A stretch of DNA of 40,813 nt from a virus (IMGVR_UViG_3300043447_000352:1-40813), one strand, 5' to 3'; positions 17,119 to 28,045 are shown, counted from the stretch's first letter. The notes: generated by a model from the sequence alone, not told the origin. Numbers and translations are program-made.

Positions 17119-20100
17119 TAATTACCCTCTAATGCTTCTAGTCTGGCTTCCAACTGAGCGTTCTTTTCGGACAACTCTTGTATTGCTTTTGTTAGATATG
17201 GAATAAGCTCTATGTGGTTCAGGGTCAGCATAGGATTAACATCAAACCCAAGCTCTTCGGCACCCTCAACGGCAGGTAGCACGTTTGGCACTTCTTCCAC
17301 CACTGTGTATTGTTCGATAGGTAAAACGTTAGCTACATCCTGCGCCAAAAACCCAGAAAATAGCTTATCTGTGTCATCAACCTTACTGTTGAATGTTACA
17401 GGGCTAAGTTGGGAGACTACGGATAGTCCACTCGTTATCGGCTCTACTGAATGCTTAACTCTACTATCCGAACTAACAATCTGAATAGCGGCTATAGCGC
17501 TAGGGCGTCGCATGTTAGCGGCGCTAGTAGTAGTTCCTACAACAGTTAGAAGCTGACCAGAGTTTGTGAAAGACGCAATAGTTCCATTACTGTCATTAAG
17601 CTGAATACCGCTACCAACTACCAGACTTCCAGTTAAGGTACCGCTGCTTAGATACAGTCCGCTATCGATGCCTTCTATCTCACCGCGAAGTAGTCCAGAG
17701 CTACTCCTAAACTGAACGCTATCGGTGTCACCTCTAATTTCGACTCTTTGACCTGAAGCAGACGTGCGAACAATTCCACCAGTGATAGTTCCGGTAGAGC
17801 CAACGGTAATAGTGTCGGCAATAACGTCGTCTAGGTACGCCATACCGTTCGAATAAAGCCTGAAGGCTGTTCCGCTAGCCTTATACCCAACAATTCCAGG
17901 GGCAGTGCTGTTAGCTCCTCGGATCTCGATACGAGCGCCAGATGTAGCAGTCCTGATAGTTCCACCGAGAATAGAGCTTGCCTTGATTCTGTCGGCATCT
18001 AGGGTACCAGTGGTAATTTTATCGCCATCAATGGTAGTAGTACTAATATTTATATCGTTAGCGGCTTCACCTTTAGTTATTTTACCGTCGGCAGTGCTCA
18101 GAGCATTTGCCGCAGTATTGCTGGCAGTATTTGCAGTACTACTGGCAGTGTTTGCAGTGTTAGATACGGTATCTAGTTGACCGCTAGTTGCATAGCCACC
18201 AATCTGAACACCGCTAGCGATGTAAACAGATCCATCGCTGCTAAGAATTCTGAATGTTAGACCGCCGCCAGAGTTGTAAGCGTAAAGTCCAGTGTTATTC
18301 ATCTCAACGCGAGGGTTGGTGTTAGATGTTCTAACTGTTGCACCAGTAATCAACTTACCGTCTAGGGCACCAACTTTAATCTTGTCAGCCTCGATAGCGT
18401 TAGCCTGGATTGCACCAGCAGAGATTGCATTAGCTGCAACAGTGTTAGCTGTTATTGCATTAGCTCCAATTTTTCCAGCAATAATTGAATTAGCTGCAAT
18501 CTGATTGGCACCGATAGCATTGGCAGCGATCGCGTTCTGGGTGATAACATTAGGACCCAATAGCGACGCCGCGCTAATTGAACCATCAGCCAGCGCACCA
18601 GCAGAGATTAAGTTTCCAGCAAAGGACCAGCTGTTCAGTACATTCGCGACCAATAGATCGGTATTAACTAGAGGAGTGACTCTAGCCGTGCTCTGAGCCG
18701 AGACTAAACTCTGGACGCCGCTACTGTCAGATACAACGAATCTGAAGTAGTAGTCAGTGTTGTACTGAACATCAGAGAAAATCGCATAGTTGTTGGCCAC
18801 TGCCGAAATTGTGGCAATTAATGTAGAGTCAGATGGTGTAAACCCGGATACAGTGCTCCTGTGAATCTTTAGATATACAAGGTCTGCAGGGGGATTTGAC
18901 GGAGGAGTGGTGGCCAGTAGGCCGTTCCACTTAACTGTCATAGTTCCAAGTTTGGATTCAATGATCGGCGCTGTAGGTCCAACAGCTGAAATCGGAGTCG
19001 TCTTGATAGCAGTAGTGTGGGTTTTAGACACTGGATCAGATTCCTGCTGACCACTGTCTAGAGCTATGAGCTGGAAATAGTAGAGCTTACCCTGAGCAAA
19101 AATAGCGTCATCATCGAGAGTGTAAGAAGTTGCAGTTATTACTGGGACATCCTTGATGCGCCAATCTTCACCAGTGGTTCTTCTCCATTTAATTCTGTAG
19201 CCAATTAAGTCTTCTAGCGGCTCCCCGGCCTTTGTCAGTGTCGGAGCTGTCCAGCTCAAAGTCACCTTAGCTGTAGGAAACGACACGTTAGTCGAGACAA
19301 CACCTTCGCTTGTGATCTGAAGATTTGTAGGTGCAGCCGGCGGATCACCGTCCCGCACTGGGTCAGCAACTAGAGAGTAGTCAACCCATCGAATACCGTT
19401 CCAATAGTAAATCTTATTGTTTGCACTGTCGGCCCAGGTAGACCCAGGGGCTAGATACTTTTTAGCTACTGGATATACATAAACGTCAGCATCCGGAATA
19501 GTAGTTGGGACCGGAGTGTCGACCCCACCGGCATCTAAAGTGTAGACAATAGTGTTGCTAGTGACGCTGTCAATCCTGAACAACCCATCGATGCCGTAAG
19601 CCCTAGAGTCTTCCGTGAAGATGTCAACAAAAAATACGTCTTCTGCTTGGAACTTGTGCGCACTATTTAGCGTCAGAGTTACTGTTGTACCAGTTATAGA
19701 GTAAGAGTCTACCTTCTTGCGGGTCTGAAGTCTGTAGTATCTGGTCCAGGTAGTCGGGGCTGCTGTCTCCGGCTGGAAGGTGTAAGTGTTAGTTACCGTG
19801 GACCAGGTAGTGGTACTCGGGTCATGTCTCGGTTTCCCGGAAGTTAGTTTTCTACCGGTCCACGGAGGCGTATCCGTGCCTAGTATCTTAAAATTGTCGC
19901 CGTCCACGTCAATGTTTACATCAGCAGTACCGTGAATACCGCTAACTTCTAGTCGGTCACCGTCAGATAGCTCTAAATCAGCTTCTAGATAAATCTCTAC
20001 TAGATCAGTAGAACCCGTGTACTTTTTAGGGTATGCAATCGCATCAACAACTTTAACGAACTTAGGAGCATCAATTGCAATTACAGTTGTAGGATCCTGG

Positions 20101-20246
20101 CCAGTGGTGGTTTCACCAGTTGCAACTGCAGCAGTTACCTGAGACTCGGTTAGTAGATTTATTGGACGAAGCTCTACAGATTTGACTCTCTGGTCTAGCC
20201 TGCTCATTAGAGTCGTTAATTTTTTACGACGTCTACGAATACCCAT
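17118..20246 (-). CDS. Central tail fibre / receptor-binding protein with FN3 domains and C-terminal intramolecular chaperone (peptidase S74)
   Basis: FN3-like PAAPTNL..VTLSWTAP..GYRIKW; IAANAI pentapeptide repeats; TANTAS heptads; SSDSRVKHSVEPI...GFLAQDV...AIQEL. Confidence 0.85.
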   Translation of the reverse strand: MGIRRRRKKLTTLMSRLDQRVKSVELRPINLLTESQVTAAVATGETTTGQDPTTVIAIDAPKFVKVVDAIAYPKKYTGSTDLVEIYLEADLELSDGDRLEVSGIHGTADVNIDVDGDNFKILGTDTPPWTGRKLTSGKPRHDPSTTTWSTVTNTYTFQPETAAPTTWTRYYRLQTRKKVDSYSITGTTVTLTLNSAHKFQAEDVFFVDIFTEDSRAYGIDGLFRIDSVTSNTIVYTLDAGGVDTPVPTTIPDADVYVYPVAKKYLAPGSTWADSANNKIYYWNGIRWVDYSLVADPVRDGDPPAAPTNLQITSEGVVSTNVSFPTAKVTLSWTAPTLTKAGEPLEDLIGYRIKWRRTTGEDWRIKDVPVITATSYTLDDDAIFAQGKLYYFQLIALDSGQQESDPVSKTHTTAIKTTPISAVGPTAPIIESKLGTMTVKWNGLLATTPPSNPPADLVYLKIHRSTVSGFTPSDSTLIATISAVANNYAIFSDVQYNTDYYFRFVVSDSSGVQSLVSAQSTARVTPLVNTDLLVANVLNSWSFAGNLISAGALADGSISAASLLGPNVITQNAIAANAIGANQIAANSIIAGKIGANAITANTVAANAISAGAIQANAIEADKIKVGALDGKLITGATVRTSNTNPRVEMNNTGLYAYNSGGGLTFRILSSDGSVYIASGVQIGGYATSGQLDTVSNTANTASSTANTASNTAANALSTADGKITKGEAANDINISTTTIDGDKITTGTLDADRIKASSILGGTIRTATSGARIEIRGANSTAPGIVGYKASGTAFRLYSNGMAYLDDVIADTITVGSTGTITGGIVRTSASGQRVEIRGDTDSVQFRSSSGLLRGEIEGIDSGLYLSSGTLTGSLVVGSGIQLNDSNGTIASFTNSGQLLTVVGTTTSAANMRRPSAIAAIQIVSSDSRVKHSVEPITSGLSVVSQLSPVTFNSKVDDTDKLFSGFLAQDVANVLPIEQYTVVEEVPNVLPAVEGAEELGFDVNPMLTLNHIELIPYLTKAIQELSEKNAQLEARLEALEGN

Positions 20247-22357
20247 TAGATGGTCACCTTTCCATCAATAATTGTAATTCCAGAGATAGGAATTGACGGC
20301 TCTGTGATTAGCTCTACAGATACCTCTTCCGGGTACCCCGGGCTATCTGGAACAGATACATCGTAAGATACAATCTTTCTAACCAAAACGCCGTTGTCCG
20401 AACCATAGTCTTGCTCTAAGTAGCTATCTGCTCTCAAGGAAACAAAATCATCGTTAAGCTTTACCGAGCACCAGTCACCGGGGCTGTAGGTGCCTAGCTT
20501 AGGGTGAGCGGAGCCATTGACAGATATTGTAAATGTGCTGATAGGCGGCACAGACTCCTCAAGCAATCTAGAAGCCTGCTTCCAGAGAACAGTTTCATCT
20601 GGCGAGTCGAGGGTCTCTACCGCATCTAGGATTGGCCAACCCTGTCTTAGCAGCTTGTGATTAGAGGCGCCCGAGTATGGTTGGCTTGCGTCAGACGAGA
20701 GTCTCTCGTCCTTGCCTTGAACAAAAAATCTAGTTGCAGCATCTTCTGCATTCTCTTCGAATTCAGCCTCTAAGACATTTCCAGGGTACTCAAAAATTAG
20801 AGTAGTAGCGCCATAAGCACTAGCCGGAATAGACCCGGAGAACCCTGTCTCTTGCTCCTCTAGCCAAGCGGTTAAGCTAGCCGGGACTAGTGGTAGGAAC
20901 TTGAAGTATTTTTTGAAAGAGTTTGTGGCCTGATCGTAAGCGCAGTCGACTCGGTACTCGAAACCATTAGGTTTAGTGGCGTAGTCTTCAAAAATCTCGG
21001 CTATTGTTTTTAGTTCGAAGCCTCTAATTAAAGGGTTAGCCTCTCGCTTAGAGCTGAAGTCGTCGTTGTAGCTTAAATCTAGACCTATGTCGCCTAGGGT
21101 AGAGAACTCACCGAAGGTTCCGTACGTAGCGGACGCCCTGCGAGTTGCTGTAGGGGGGAATGATGTTGATCCGCTATCTGTATAGCTTTTAGCTATGTTA
21201 GCTCCGGTCATAACAACCTGGAATTGAGTAGCAGACTGCTGAACATCTGGATCCACATAGATTGTGTGGTAGCCATCAAAGCTCTCACTCACGTTTTCAA
21301 TGTAAATAATGTCACCTTCGGTGAAGGTGTGACTATTAGATGTCTCGAAGGTTGCAATGTTCCCATAACGCTTGTAGCTAGTTATGGTTTCAGGGAAATC
21401 CACTTCTGATACTTCGGTAACATTATTACCCGAGTTAGCATAAGTAAAAGATTTGTCAGTCAAAATAGACAAAACAATTGCTTCTTTGTCATTAAAAGAA
21501 GCATCAGCCTGTACGTCAGCGATCGAGACCTTTTGACCTGGAACTAACTCTTGCTTCTTGAGCGTAGTCACGGTGGCTATGTTGTTTGACCTACTAATCT
21601 TGCTTATCTCATTAAATAGGTCTATGCCTGGGCGTATTGCATCGTTTGCAAAATCAAAATCAAATAGATCGGTGTTTAGCTCTCGCAATAAGTCCTGAGC
21701 AAATTGATAAGTGTCTTGTCTAGTTTCTACAGTGATCGGGTTGTCTGCGCCAATGGCGATCTCCGGTATAGTCTTTTCGTTGCCCTGATCATCTACATAA
21801 GTAGCTGGCACTGTAATTACTGATCTATCGTCATCAGTCAGCCCTGCAGTCAGCACTTCAAAATAGCCGTTGTACTTTGTATAATCTTTAATCCAGTAGA
21901 GATAGACTGCTTCGCCAACGGAGAAGTTGTACTGTCCGCCGCTTAGAGTGACAGTAAGCGTATCTTCAACTACCTCGGCCGTGGCCTCGTAGGAGCTATT
22001 CCAAGTCTTCCAGACAACTCGATGAGATAGGTAGCTAGTGAACTCTGCTGCTGTAACCGACAAAACTTTATCAACTAGGCTGTAAGTTCTTCCCCAGATT
22101 ATTCCGCCCCAGACGCAGACGCCGTTTCTAACTGCATAAAGTACGGTTTTACCTGGCAGAGTGTTTTCGTAGAGGCTAAGGTTGTAAGTGTCTTCAGTGA
22201 TAGCTATATCACCAGTAAATCGACCAGCTTCAGTTAAGGATCTAGAGTAAGAGACGCCCTTAAACGGGACTTCAGCTAACAGTTCGTTAGTCATTAGATC
22301 GCAAACAAAGTAGCGGTAATCCACTGACTGATTGTCTGGCGAGGTTGATACTGGCAT
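20246..22357 (-). CDS. Minor tail / baseplate hub (Tal-like) protein with inserted beta modules
   Basis: YRYFVCDLMT..LAEVP, VWGGIIW, FEYPGNV, YSPGDW; located after Dit. Confidence 0.75.
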   Translation of the reverse strand: MPVSTSPDNQSVDYRYFVCDLMTNELLAEVPFKGVSYSRSLTEAGRFTGDIAITEDTYNLSLYENTLPGKTVLYAVRNGVCVWGGIIWGRTYSLVDKVLSVTAAEFTSYLSHRVVWKTWNSSYEATAEVVEDTLTVTLSGGQYNFSVGEAVYLYWIKDYTKYNGYFEVLTAGLTDDDRSVITVPATYVDDQGNEKTIPEIAIGADNPITVETRQDTYQFAQDLLRELNTDLFDFDFANDAIRPGIDLFNEISKISRSNNIATVTTLKKQELVPGQKVSIADVQADASFNDKEAIVLSILTDKSFTYANSGNNVTEVSEVDFPETITSYKRYGNIATFETSNSHTFTEGDIIYIENVSESFDGYHTIYVDPDVQQSATQFQVVMTGANIAKSYTDSGSTSFPPTATRRASATYGTFGEFSTLGDIGLDLSYNDDFSSKREANPLIRGFELKTIAEIFEDYATKPNGFEYRVDCAYDQATNSFKKYFKFLPLVPASLTAWLEEQETGFSGSIPASAYGATTLIFEYPGNVLEAEFEENAEDAATRFFVQGKDERLSSDASQPYSGASNHKLLRQGWPILDAVETLDSPDETVLWKQASRLLEESVPPISTFTISVNGSAHPKLGTYSPGDWCSVKLNDDFVSLRADSYLEQDYGSDNGVLVRKIVSYDVSVPDSPGYPEEVSVELITEPSIPISGITIIDGKVTI

Positions 22358-22393
22358 CTTATGTCCTTGATTGTCTTTCTAGTAGTTTAGCAG

Positions 22394-23359
22394 CTATCCG
22401 ATCCAGCCAGATCTCCAAAGAATTTGACAGCTGTAGCTGCTGCTAACTAAGTTGTTGTCAGTTTCGTACTTAATGACGTTGACTCCAGGCTCTAGGTACA
22501 TCCAATCCACCAAAACAGAGGCCTTACTTCTGGCGTTCACGACAATGTCTTCGCCACCAGATACAGGGGTCACCTTAATTACTTCTCGGTTGTATGTATC
22601 AAGCTCCAAGACATCTGAAGAAGACACCGTTGAGATTAGATTAATAGATTCTGCAGTTGTGTCATTTATAATTGACCAGTAGTTCGAGTCAGAAGCATTG
22701 ACACCGCCAGTTAGCGCAAAAATCACAGGGACAGGTACGTTTCCAGTGTTCTCGACTGAGACTTGAGACCCAACTGTTACCGTTGCAGACCTATATCCAT
22801 CCGGGTTGCCGTCTACGTACTCGTACTTGATCGGGTCAACTGCCTTAAGCCCGATAGAGAAGTCATGTCTACCACGTGCATTTACGCTAGTGATCTGAGG
22901 TGCACCGCTTAAGCGTACATAGGAGCCTTTACCATTATTGCTAGTGCCATTTTCATACACTACTAGCCAGCCACCAGTCTTAACTAGGTTTGCAGCTTGG
23001 ATTAGTGCATTTCGAGCAGCTGCAACATCGGCTGGCTTCTGAGGCAAGAACGACCCGTTGATTGTGATAATTCTATTGGCCCAGCGCCCCTTAGCGTCGT
23101 ACGAACCATCGCCCCAGCCGCGAGGTAGGTCTGGTAGTTCAGGCTCCGGTAGGGTCCACCAACCTTCAATCTCCGAGATAACCCAGACGACGCCGTTATC
23201 GTCTATTTTGTTGAAAACAAGATCGTTTAGAACTATGTCTTCGTTTAGCTTTAGACCAGAGATGTACGGAGTTGATAGGGCCGTTAACGCAGTATTTACA
23301 AGTTTATTCTCTTCAGCTTGTGCTACTGGATCAGCACTGTAGTCATAGTATGCCGCCAT
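22394..23359 (-). CDS. Distal tail protein (Dit-like)
   Basis: IEGWW, RIITING, AVDPIKY, NTGNVPVP, LEPGVN, WRSGW; immediately after the tape measure gene. Confidence 0.8.
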   Translation of the reverse strand: MAAYYDYSADPVAQAEENKLVNTALTALSTPYISGLKLNEDIVLNDLVFNKIDDNGVVWVISEIEGWWTLPEPELPDLPRGWGDGSYDAKGRWANRIITINGSFLPQKPADVAAARNALIQAANLVKTGGWLVVYENGTSNNGKGSYVRLSGAPQITSVNARGRHDFSIGLKAVDPIKYEYVDGNPDGYRSATVTVGSQVSVENTGNVPVPVIFALTGGVNASDSNYWSIINDTTAESINLISTVSSSDVLELDTYNREVIKVTPVSGGEDIVVNARSKASVLVDWMYLEPGVNVIKYETDNNLVSSSYSCQILWRSGWIG

Positions 23360-26226
23360 TAGATAGTTCCTTTACGCATCTCGAAAGCAAGCTGACGTGA
23401 GACAGCAGTTGCAAGTTCTTTTTCGTCCATACCAGGTGCTGGATTAACAACGATGCTGATACCCTGACCGCCGCCCATCTGAGAGATAAGAGCCTTATCT
23501 CTGTCTGAAAGTCCGTTAGAGTCTAGTGGCTCGATTCGCTCTGGCCTGCCGGCTTCTGCAACAGTTACTAGTGTTCCGCCTCTAGATGGGTAGACGGTTC
23601 CACCTAATGCAAGTTTAGGAGTTCCATCGGCCTTCGTTTGAGTGCCGCCCTTATTGATGCCTAGCTTCTTGTCAGCATTGGCCATTGCATCTTTGACCCA
23701 GCTGACCTTCTCTAGTCTAATCAGCTTAGCTCCCGCTAGGTCGATACCTAGTAGGTCCTTGATTGCCTTACCTATAGGAGTATTTCCAATTGTGCGAATA
23801 AGGTTTTCGATACCGCCAACTACCCAGTTAAATAGGTCCACGAACACATTGGTGATGATTTCTGCAATTCCCACAAAGATAAGAACAACAGAAGTCATAA
23901 TCTTACCTAGGCCCTTAGGGAAGTCGGTAAATAGTAGAACTATACCTTCGACAAGGCCTTTAATGACAGCCATAATAGGCGAGACAACCGTGTTGATCAC
24001 ACTCACGATAAACGTGAACGCATTAACGAACTGCTCTAAGATATAACCGGCAATCGGAACAAAGAATTCAAGTAAGAACTTGATCACAGGGTCTAGAGCG
24101 GTCATAATTCCGCCGAGACCGTCGCCACCGAACAGAGTGTCAAATAGGGTGCCTATCTGGGCGAAGAACTCGCCGAAAGCCTCGCCGACGTTAGCCATAA
24201 CGTTGTCGACCATAGTTCTAAAGTCTTCAAATTTGTTGTAGAACTCGACGATCTTGGTGATAATGAAAATTATGATTCCAACAATGCCGGCACCTTTTAG
24301 CGTTTTTGCTAGGTTCCCAAAAATACCGCCACCAGCTTTTTCACCAAACAGCTTAGCAAAAGGGCCAATTATGGTATTTAGCGTTGAAGACGCAAAAGCT
24401 AAGTAGCCGATAAAGATCTTAAAACCAAAAAGAACCGCGCTCACGGCTACACCTATAGCAGACAATATACCGACTATCGGAGCAATCTTTGCCATGAACT
24501 CTTTCGTACCCGGTAGCTCCAAGAAGTCTGCTAGTTTGTCAGCAGCGAAACTAAGCGTACCAAAAAAGCCTTTTAGCTGATCAGAGTCAGTCAGTGATGA
24601 CAGAATTCGCGTAACGTTGACGACTAGTTCAGCAAAAGACGGACCAGCATCAATAAACGCATCCAACATCTTTCCGATGTATGGAGCACCCTCGGCGAGT
24701 TTGTCAAAAGTAGCGGCAATGTTAGGGTTGTCAGCGACACCAAGCACCTGCTTAACTAGCGCACCTATAGATGAAAGCACTGATCTTGCATTGACCATTG
24801 CGTCTTTAAAGAATTTCTTGCCAGCGTCTGGATCCTCGGAGAACATGTTCTTGAAGCCTTCAGATGCCTCTTTGAACCAGTCGAGCATATACTCCCCTGC
24901 GCTGCCAGGGCCAGTAGTTAGCTTAATTAAGTTGCCGAAGCCGCCGAAGACGTTCTTAATAATCTCAAACCACTTGCCGGCCTCAGTGCCGGCATCGGTG
25001 AAGAACTTCTCCAAGTCCATCTTTTTCATGCTGTCAGACCAGTCGCCAGTTAGCTCGACCAAGCCGGTAAGAATGTCATTTACAAGGGGACCAGTGGCAT
25101 CTAGGATTTGAACAAATATGTCTACAACGTTTTGGAGCAAGTCACCGAATAGCTGAATATTGCTACGCCCGCCCGCCTCAAACGGTTCAGTCATTTCAGC
25201 CAGAACTCTATCTACTCCGCTGAAGTCAATGTTTGAGAATACCTGATCTATTGCCTGGCCAACCTGCCCTGCGATCTGAGGAAGGCGCTGATCTAGGATA
25301 GGCAGCAGTTTAGTCTCGAAGACATTCACAGAGTTGTATAGGGGGTTTAGGAATGCCTCGGACATCTTAAGCTTAATTGCATCAAGCTTAGGGGTCAGCT
25401 TTATTAATCTCTGTGCGAATTCCTTTTGCGCTTTGTTCAATCCGTCAAAAGGATCTGAACCGCTGCTTTTATCTTTCTGCGCTTCTTTAAACGCACTGTA
25501 GCCGTCCTTAACTACTTCGTTAAGGTCTTGGGTCTTATCCTTGGCTCGCCTAAAGGCTAGATCTGCCTTTTTATACTCTAACTCTGCTTCTCTTCTGGCG
25601 GCCGAGTTGGGTGGTAAGTCCGCAGTCCTTCTGAGGTTCTCAAAAGCTTTCTCTAGATTAAGAGCAGCCTCTTCTTCGCCATATGCGGCAGCTTCAGCAT
25701 CAAAGAGCAGCTGTTGCCACTCTTCTCTAATCTGCTTGAGTGATTTAGTGTATCCAGCATTTTGTTTGGTGCTCTTTTTAACAGCATCAAAGATTCCACC
25801 GAATGCCGTCTTAGCAACCATCATACCGACACGAAGCGTGACGAATGCACCGGCCAGACCAGCTACCGCAGGAGCAGCAGCTAACAACGAGCCAATCAAT
25901 GGACCAATAGACACGACCACCGAGGAGATTGCTCCGACAATCGAACCTAGAGCACCCTGAAGAACGTAGCCCGACCTCATGAGGCTCTGGAAGCTTTGTC
26001 TTGCCGATTCTGCCTCTGGCACTAGGCTATTGAGGCCGTCAGCTAGTTGACCAAATGTGGTCTTTGCTTGGCTTCTATTGAAGCCATCAGCAAAGCCATC
26101 ACCGATCTTTCTACCTGCACCGATAGAGATGCTCTTAGAGATATTGCTTAAAGTTCCCTTTAGCTCTTTCTCAAAGTTGTTAGTTATTGCCCTAACAACT
26201 ATCTCTGCATGTCCAATTACAGCCAT
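23359..26226 (-). CDS. Tape measure protein
   Basis: 955 aa, helical, Ala/Gly/Ile-rich with hydrophobic segments; C-terminal LALGG..AEAGRPE motif; follows the tail chaperones. Confidence 0.92.
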   Translation of the reverse strand: MAVIGHAEIVVRAITNNFEKELKGTLSNISKSISIGAGRKIGDGFADGFNRSQAKTTFGQLADGLNSLVPEAESARQSFQSLMRSGYVLQGALGSIVGAISSVVVSIGPLIGSLLAAAPAVAGLAGAFVTLRVGMMVAKTAFGGIFDAVKKSTKQNAGYTKSLKQIREEWQQLLFDAEAAAYGEEEAALNLEKAFENLRRTADLPPNSAARREAELEYKKADLAFRRAKDKTQDLNEVVKDGYSAFKEAQKDKSSGSDPFDGLNKAQKEFAQRLIKLTPKLDAIKLKMSEAFLNPLYNSVNVFETKLLPILDQRLPQIAGQVGQAIDQVFSNIDFSGVDRVLAEMTEPFEAGGRSNIQLFGDLLQNVVDIFVQILDATGPLVNDILTGLVELTGDWSDSMKKMDLEKFFTDAGTEAGKWFEIIKNVFGGFGNLIKLTTGPGSAGEYMLDWFKEASEGFKNMFSEDPDAGKKFFKDAMVNARSVLSSIGALVKQVLGVADNPNIAATFDKLAEGAPYIGKMLDAFIDAGPSFAELVVNVTRILSSLTDSDQLKGFFGTLSFAADKLADFLELPGTKEFMAKIAPIVGILSAIGVAVSAVLFGFKIFIGYLAFASSTLNTIIGPFAKLFGEKAGGGIFGNLAKTLKGAGIVGIIIFIITKIVEFYNKFEDFRTMVDNVMANVGEAFGEFFAQIGTLFDTLFGGDGLGGIMTALDPVIKFLLEFFVPIAGYILEQFVNAFTFIVSVINTVVSPIMAVIKGLVEGIVLLFTDFPKGLGKIMTSVVLIFVGIAEIITNVFVDLFNWVVGGIENLIRTIGNTPIGKAIKDLLGIDLAGAKLIRLEKVSWVKDAMANADKKLGINKGGTQTKADGTPKLALGGTVYPSRGGTLVTVAEAGRPERIEPLDSNGLSDRDKALISQMGGGQGISIVVNPAPGMDEKELATAVSRQLAFEMRKGTI

Positions 26227-26229
26227 ACG

Positions 26230-26918
26230 TTATCCAATCGGTGCGTCTAATACAGCGCCAAACGGGTTGGCAGCATTTGCATCAAACTGGGTAGGTGGAA
26301 TATATGGTTTAACTTCGTCCGGGTCACTATAAGTATCGTCGGTTGAAGACTTGCCGTTCTTGGACTTTATGCCGTACCTGTAGTTAATTCCATATAGGTT
26401 TCCATAGAGCGCAGAGCGCACAGAGCTCACCGCTTCAGCTTCTTCAGCAGATGAATACCTTGAATCCTCTTCGAAGAAGTAATGCACGACGTCTAGCATG
26501 TCCCGCAACTCCATGTCTGCCAACCTTAGGCCTAAAGTTAGCGCTTTTCCATTTACATATGGCCAGAGATCAACGGCCCATTCGATTAGACCTCTGGCTG
26601 CTGATTTGGGCGGTCTGCGTACTGCTCGACAAGCCACCCAGTAATCTCTCCCAGGGTTTCAGTTGTAACTACGCGCTCTTTGTCAACCAATAGAGCGTCA
26701 AATCTGACCAAGCTCTCTGCTACAAGTACAGTAGAGAAAAAGTCAGTAATAATTTCAGCCTGCTCGACAGGGTCTGATGAGCCAGACTTTGCTACCATGT
26801 CCAACATAACCTTGCCAGGCATAACTGGAACGCAAATAAAATCTTCATCGAATAGCTTGAACGAAATTGGTTCTGCATTCTCGATAATTGGAGATCCGAA
26901 GTCTCTAAACTTTGTCAT
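26230..26918 (-). CDS. Tail assembly chaperone, -1 frameshifted long form (about 229 aa)
   Basis: Slippery C CCA AAT links the TAC frame to the -1 frame (SAARGLIEW...) ending just before the tape measure gene. Confidence 0.75.
26586..26918 (-). CDS. Tail assembly chaperone (short form, 110 aa)
   Basis: Start at MTKFRDFG (RBS AGGAAAG); ends WLVEQYADRPNQQPEV, typical of actinophage TACs. Confidence 0.8.
   Translation of the reverse strand: MTKFRDFGSPIIENAEPISFKLFDEDFICVPVMPGKVMLDMVAKSGSSDPVEQAEIITDFFSTVLVAESLVRFDALLVDKERVVTTETLGEITGWLVEQYADRPNQQPEV
26604..26610 (-). other. -1 ribosomal frameshift slippery site CCCAAAT
   Basis: X XXY YYZ heptamer in the correct phase near the TAC 3' end. Confidence 0.75.
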
Positions 26919-26972
26919 GTGAGTCTTTCCTATTTCTATCATTTGGATGCCAATATGTATCGGCACTTATTA

Positions 26973-26985
26973 ATTTTACCGTAAA
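26973..26985 (-). promoter_or_regulatory. Putative promoter (GGTAAAAT -10) upstream of the TAC
   Basis: TTTACGGTAAAAT; the same GGTAAAATTA 10-mer lies upstream of the major capsid gene. Confidence 0.55.
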
Positions 26986-26990
26986 GCTAG

Positions 26991-27536
26991 CTACCTGAGT
27001 GAGCGCTTTTGCGATCCAACCACTGTTCTCATAGGGGTGGTTAGATACTTATTGGCTCTGGTGCCAGGGTGTCTGACAATCTGGGTGTGGATGACCCTAG
27101 AGCCCTTCCTAAAGACCAAGTTTCCACCAGGCTTATTAGGGGTAATAATGTGGGGCTTTGTGCCTTGGTGGTGCATTAGCGCATAGTGCGTGTACGCGCC
27201 TATTTTGACTCCAGGACCCATGGTGTTAGCTGGCATGTGCTGAAATCTAATGCTACGCATCAGCGCCCCGGTCTTCTTACCGACCTGAAGTTTAGCTAGC
27301 TGGGTAATCCTGTTAGCCGTTTTGTGTAGGTGCCTGCCAACCAATCCAAAGTTGTGGTTTAGCTCAAAATTAAGGATTGGCTTATAGACAACCAGCTTGC
27401 CAAAGGTCATATTGACTTGAATATTTTTTGGTCTTAAGTTCAAGCCTTTACGGTTGAAATCTTTGGCAGCACTCTTATATATTTTGCTAGCGCCAGTAAC
27501 CCACGGGCTATCTGGGATTAGCCCATATGCTGGCAT
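26991..27536 (-). CDS. HK97 gp10-like tail completion / neck protein
   Basis: KTGALMRSI, YALMHHQGTKPHII, VRHPGTRANKYL; basic protein. Confidence 0.72.
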   Translation of the reverse strand: MPAYGLIPDSPWVTGASKIYKSAAKDFNRKGLNLRPKNIQVNMTFGKLVVYKPILNFELNHNFGLVGRHLHKTANRITQLAKLQVGKKTGALMRSIRFQHMPANTMGPGVKIGAYTHYALMHHQGTKPHIITPNKPGGNLVFRKGSRVIHTQIVRHPGTRANKYLTTPMRTVVGSQKRSLR

Positions 27537-28045
27537 TATGGAACCGCCATTGTAATGACCATGTCAGTAGTCTGGAATCCACCTTCAGGGGCGCTGACTT
27601 CTAGGGTAGCAATTACGCCTACACCATAACCGGTCTCATCCCACTGGTCTAGTTGGTTGATGCACTCCATCAGAACCCAGGCATCAATTGCCATAACTTC
27701 GGATGCAGCTTCAATCTTTTCTGGAGCTGGAGGTCGACCGTTTTGACTGACAATAGGAGTCGCTCTAGCGATCGATACTGTAAGTGTGGCACTCCTAGGA
27801 ACGTGGCAACGTTGCGGTTCGCCTACCTGCGCACCTGGAGGACCTAGATATAGCTGCTGAAAGAAGACAACTAACTGCTCGCAGTCAACCGCTGGAGTTG
27901 CCATAGCCCAGTAACGGCGGGCAGGTAACTCAACGTTGTATGACTGAAAAACAGCTTGTACCCTCTCCAGTACGCCCTGCATCATGTCTCTGAGGTTTAC
28001 CGCATCCTCGGAGACTCCAGTTAGGTCTAATTCTTGGCTAGGCAT
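27536..28045 (-). CDS. Putative tail terminator / neck protein
   Basis: Position; PAVDCEQLVV, PEGG motif near the C-terminus. Confidence 0.55.
   Translation of the reverse strand: MPSQELDLTGVSEDAVNLRDMMQGVLERVQAVFQSYNVELPARRYWAMATPAVDCEQLVVFFQQLYLGPPGAQVGEPQRCHVPRSATLTVSIARATPIVSQNGRPPAPEKIEAASEVMAIDAWVLMECINQLDQWDETGYGVGVIATLEVSAPEGGFQTTDMVITMAVP

Noticed and set aside
18100-18540. 21-bp and 15-bp periodic repeats in the tail fibre gene (possible DGR or array)
   Set aside because: Degenerate coding repeats (heptads and IAANA pentapeptides); no reverse transcriptase or TR/VR pair seen.
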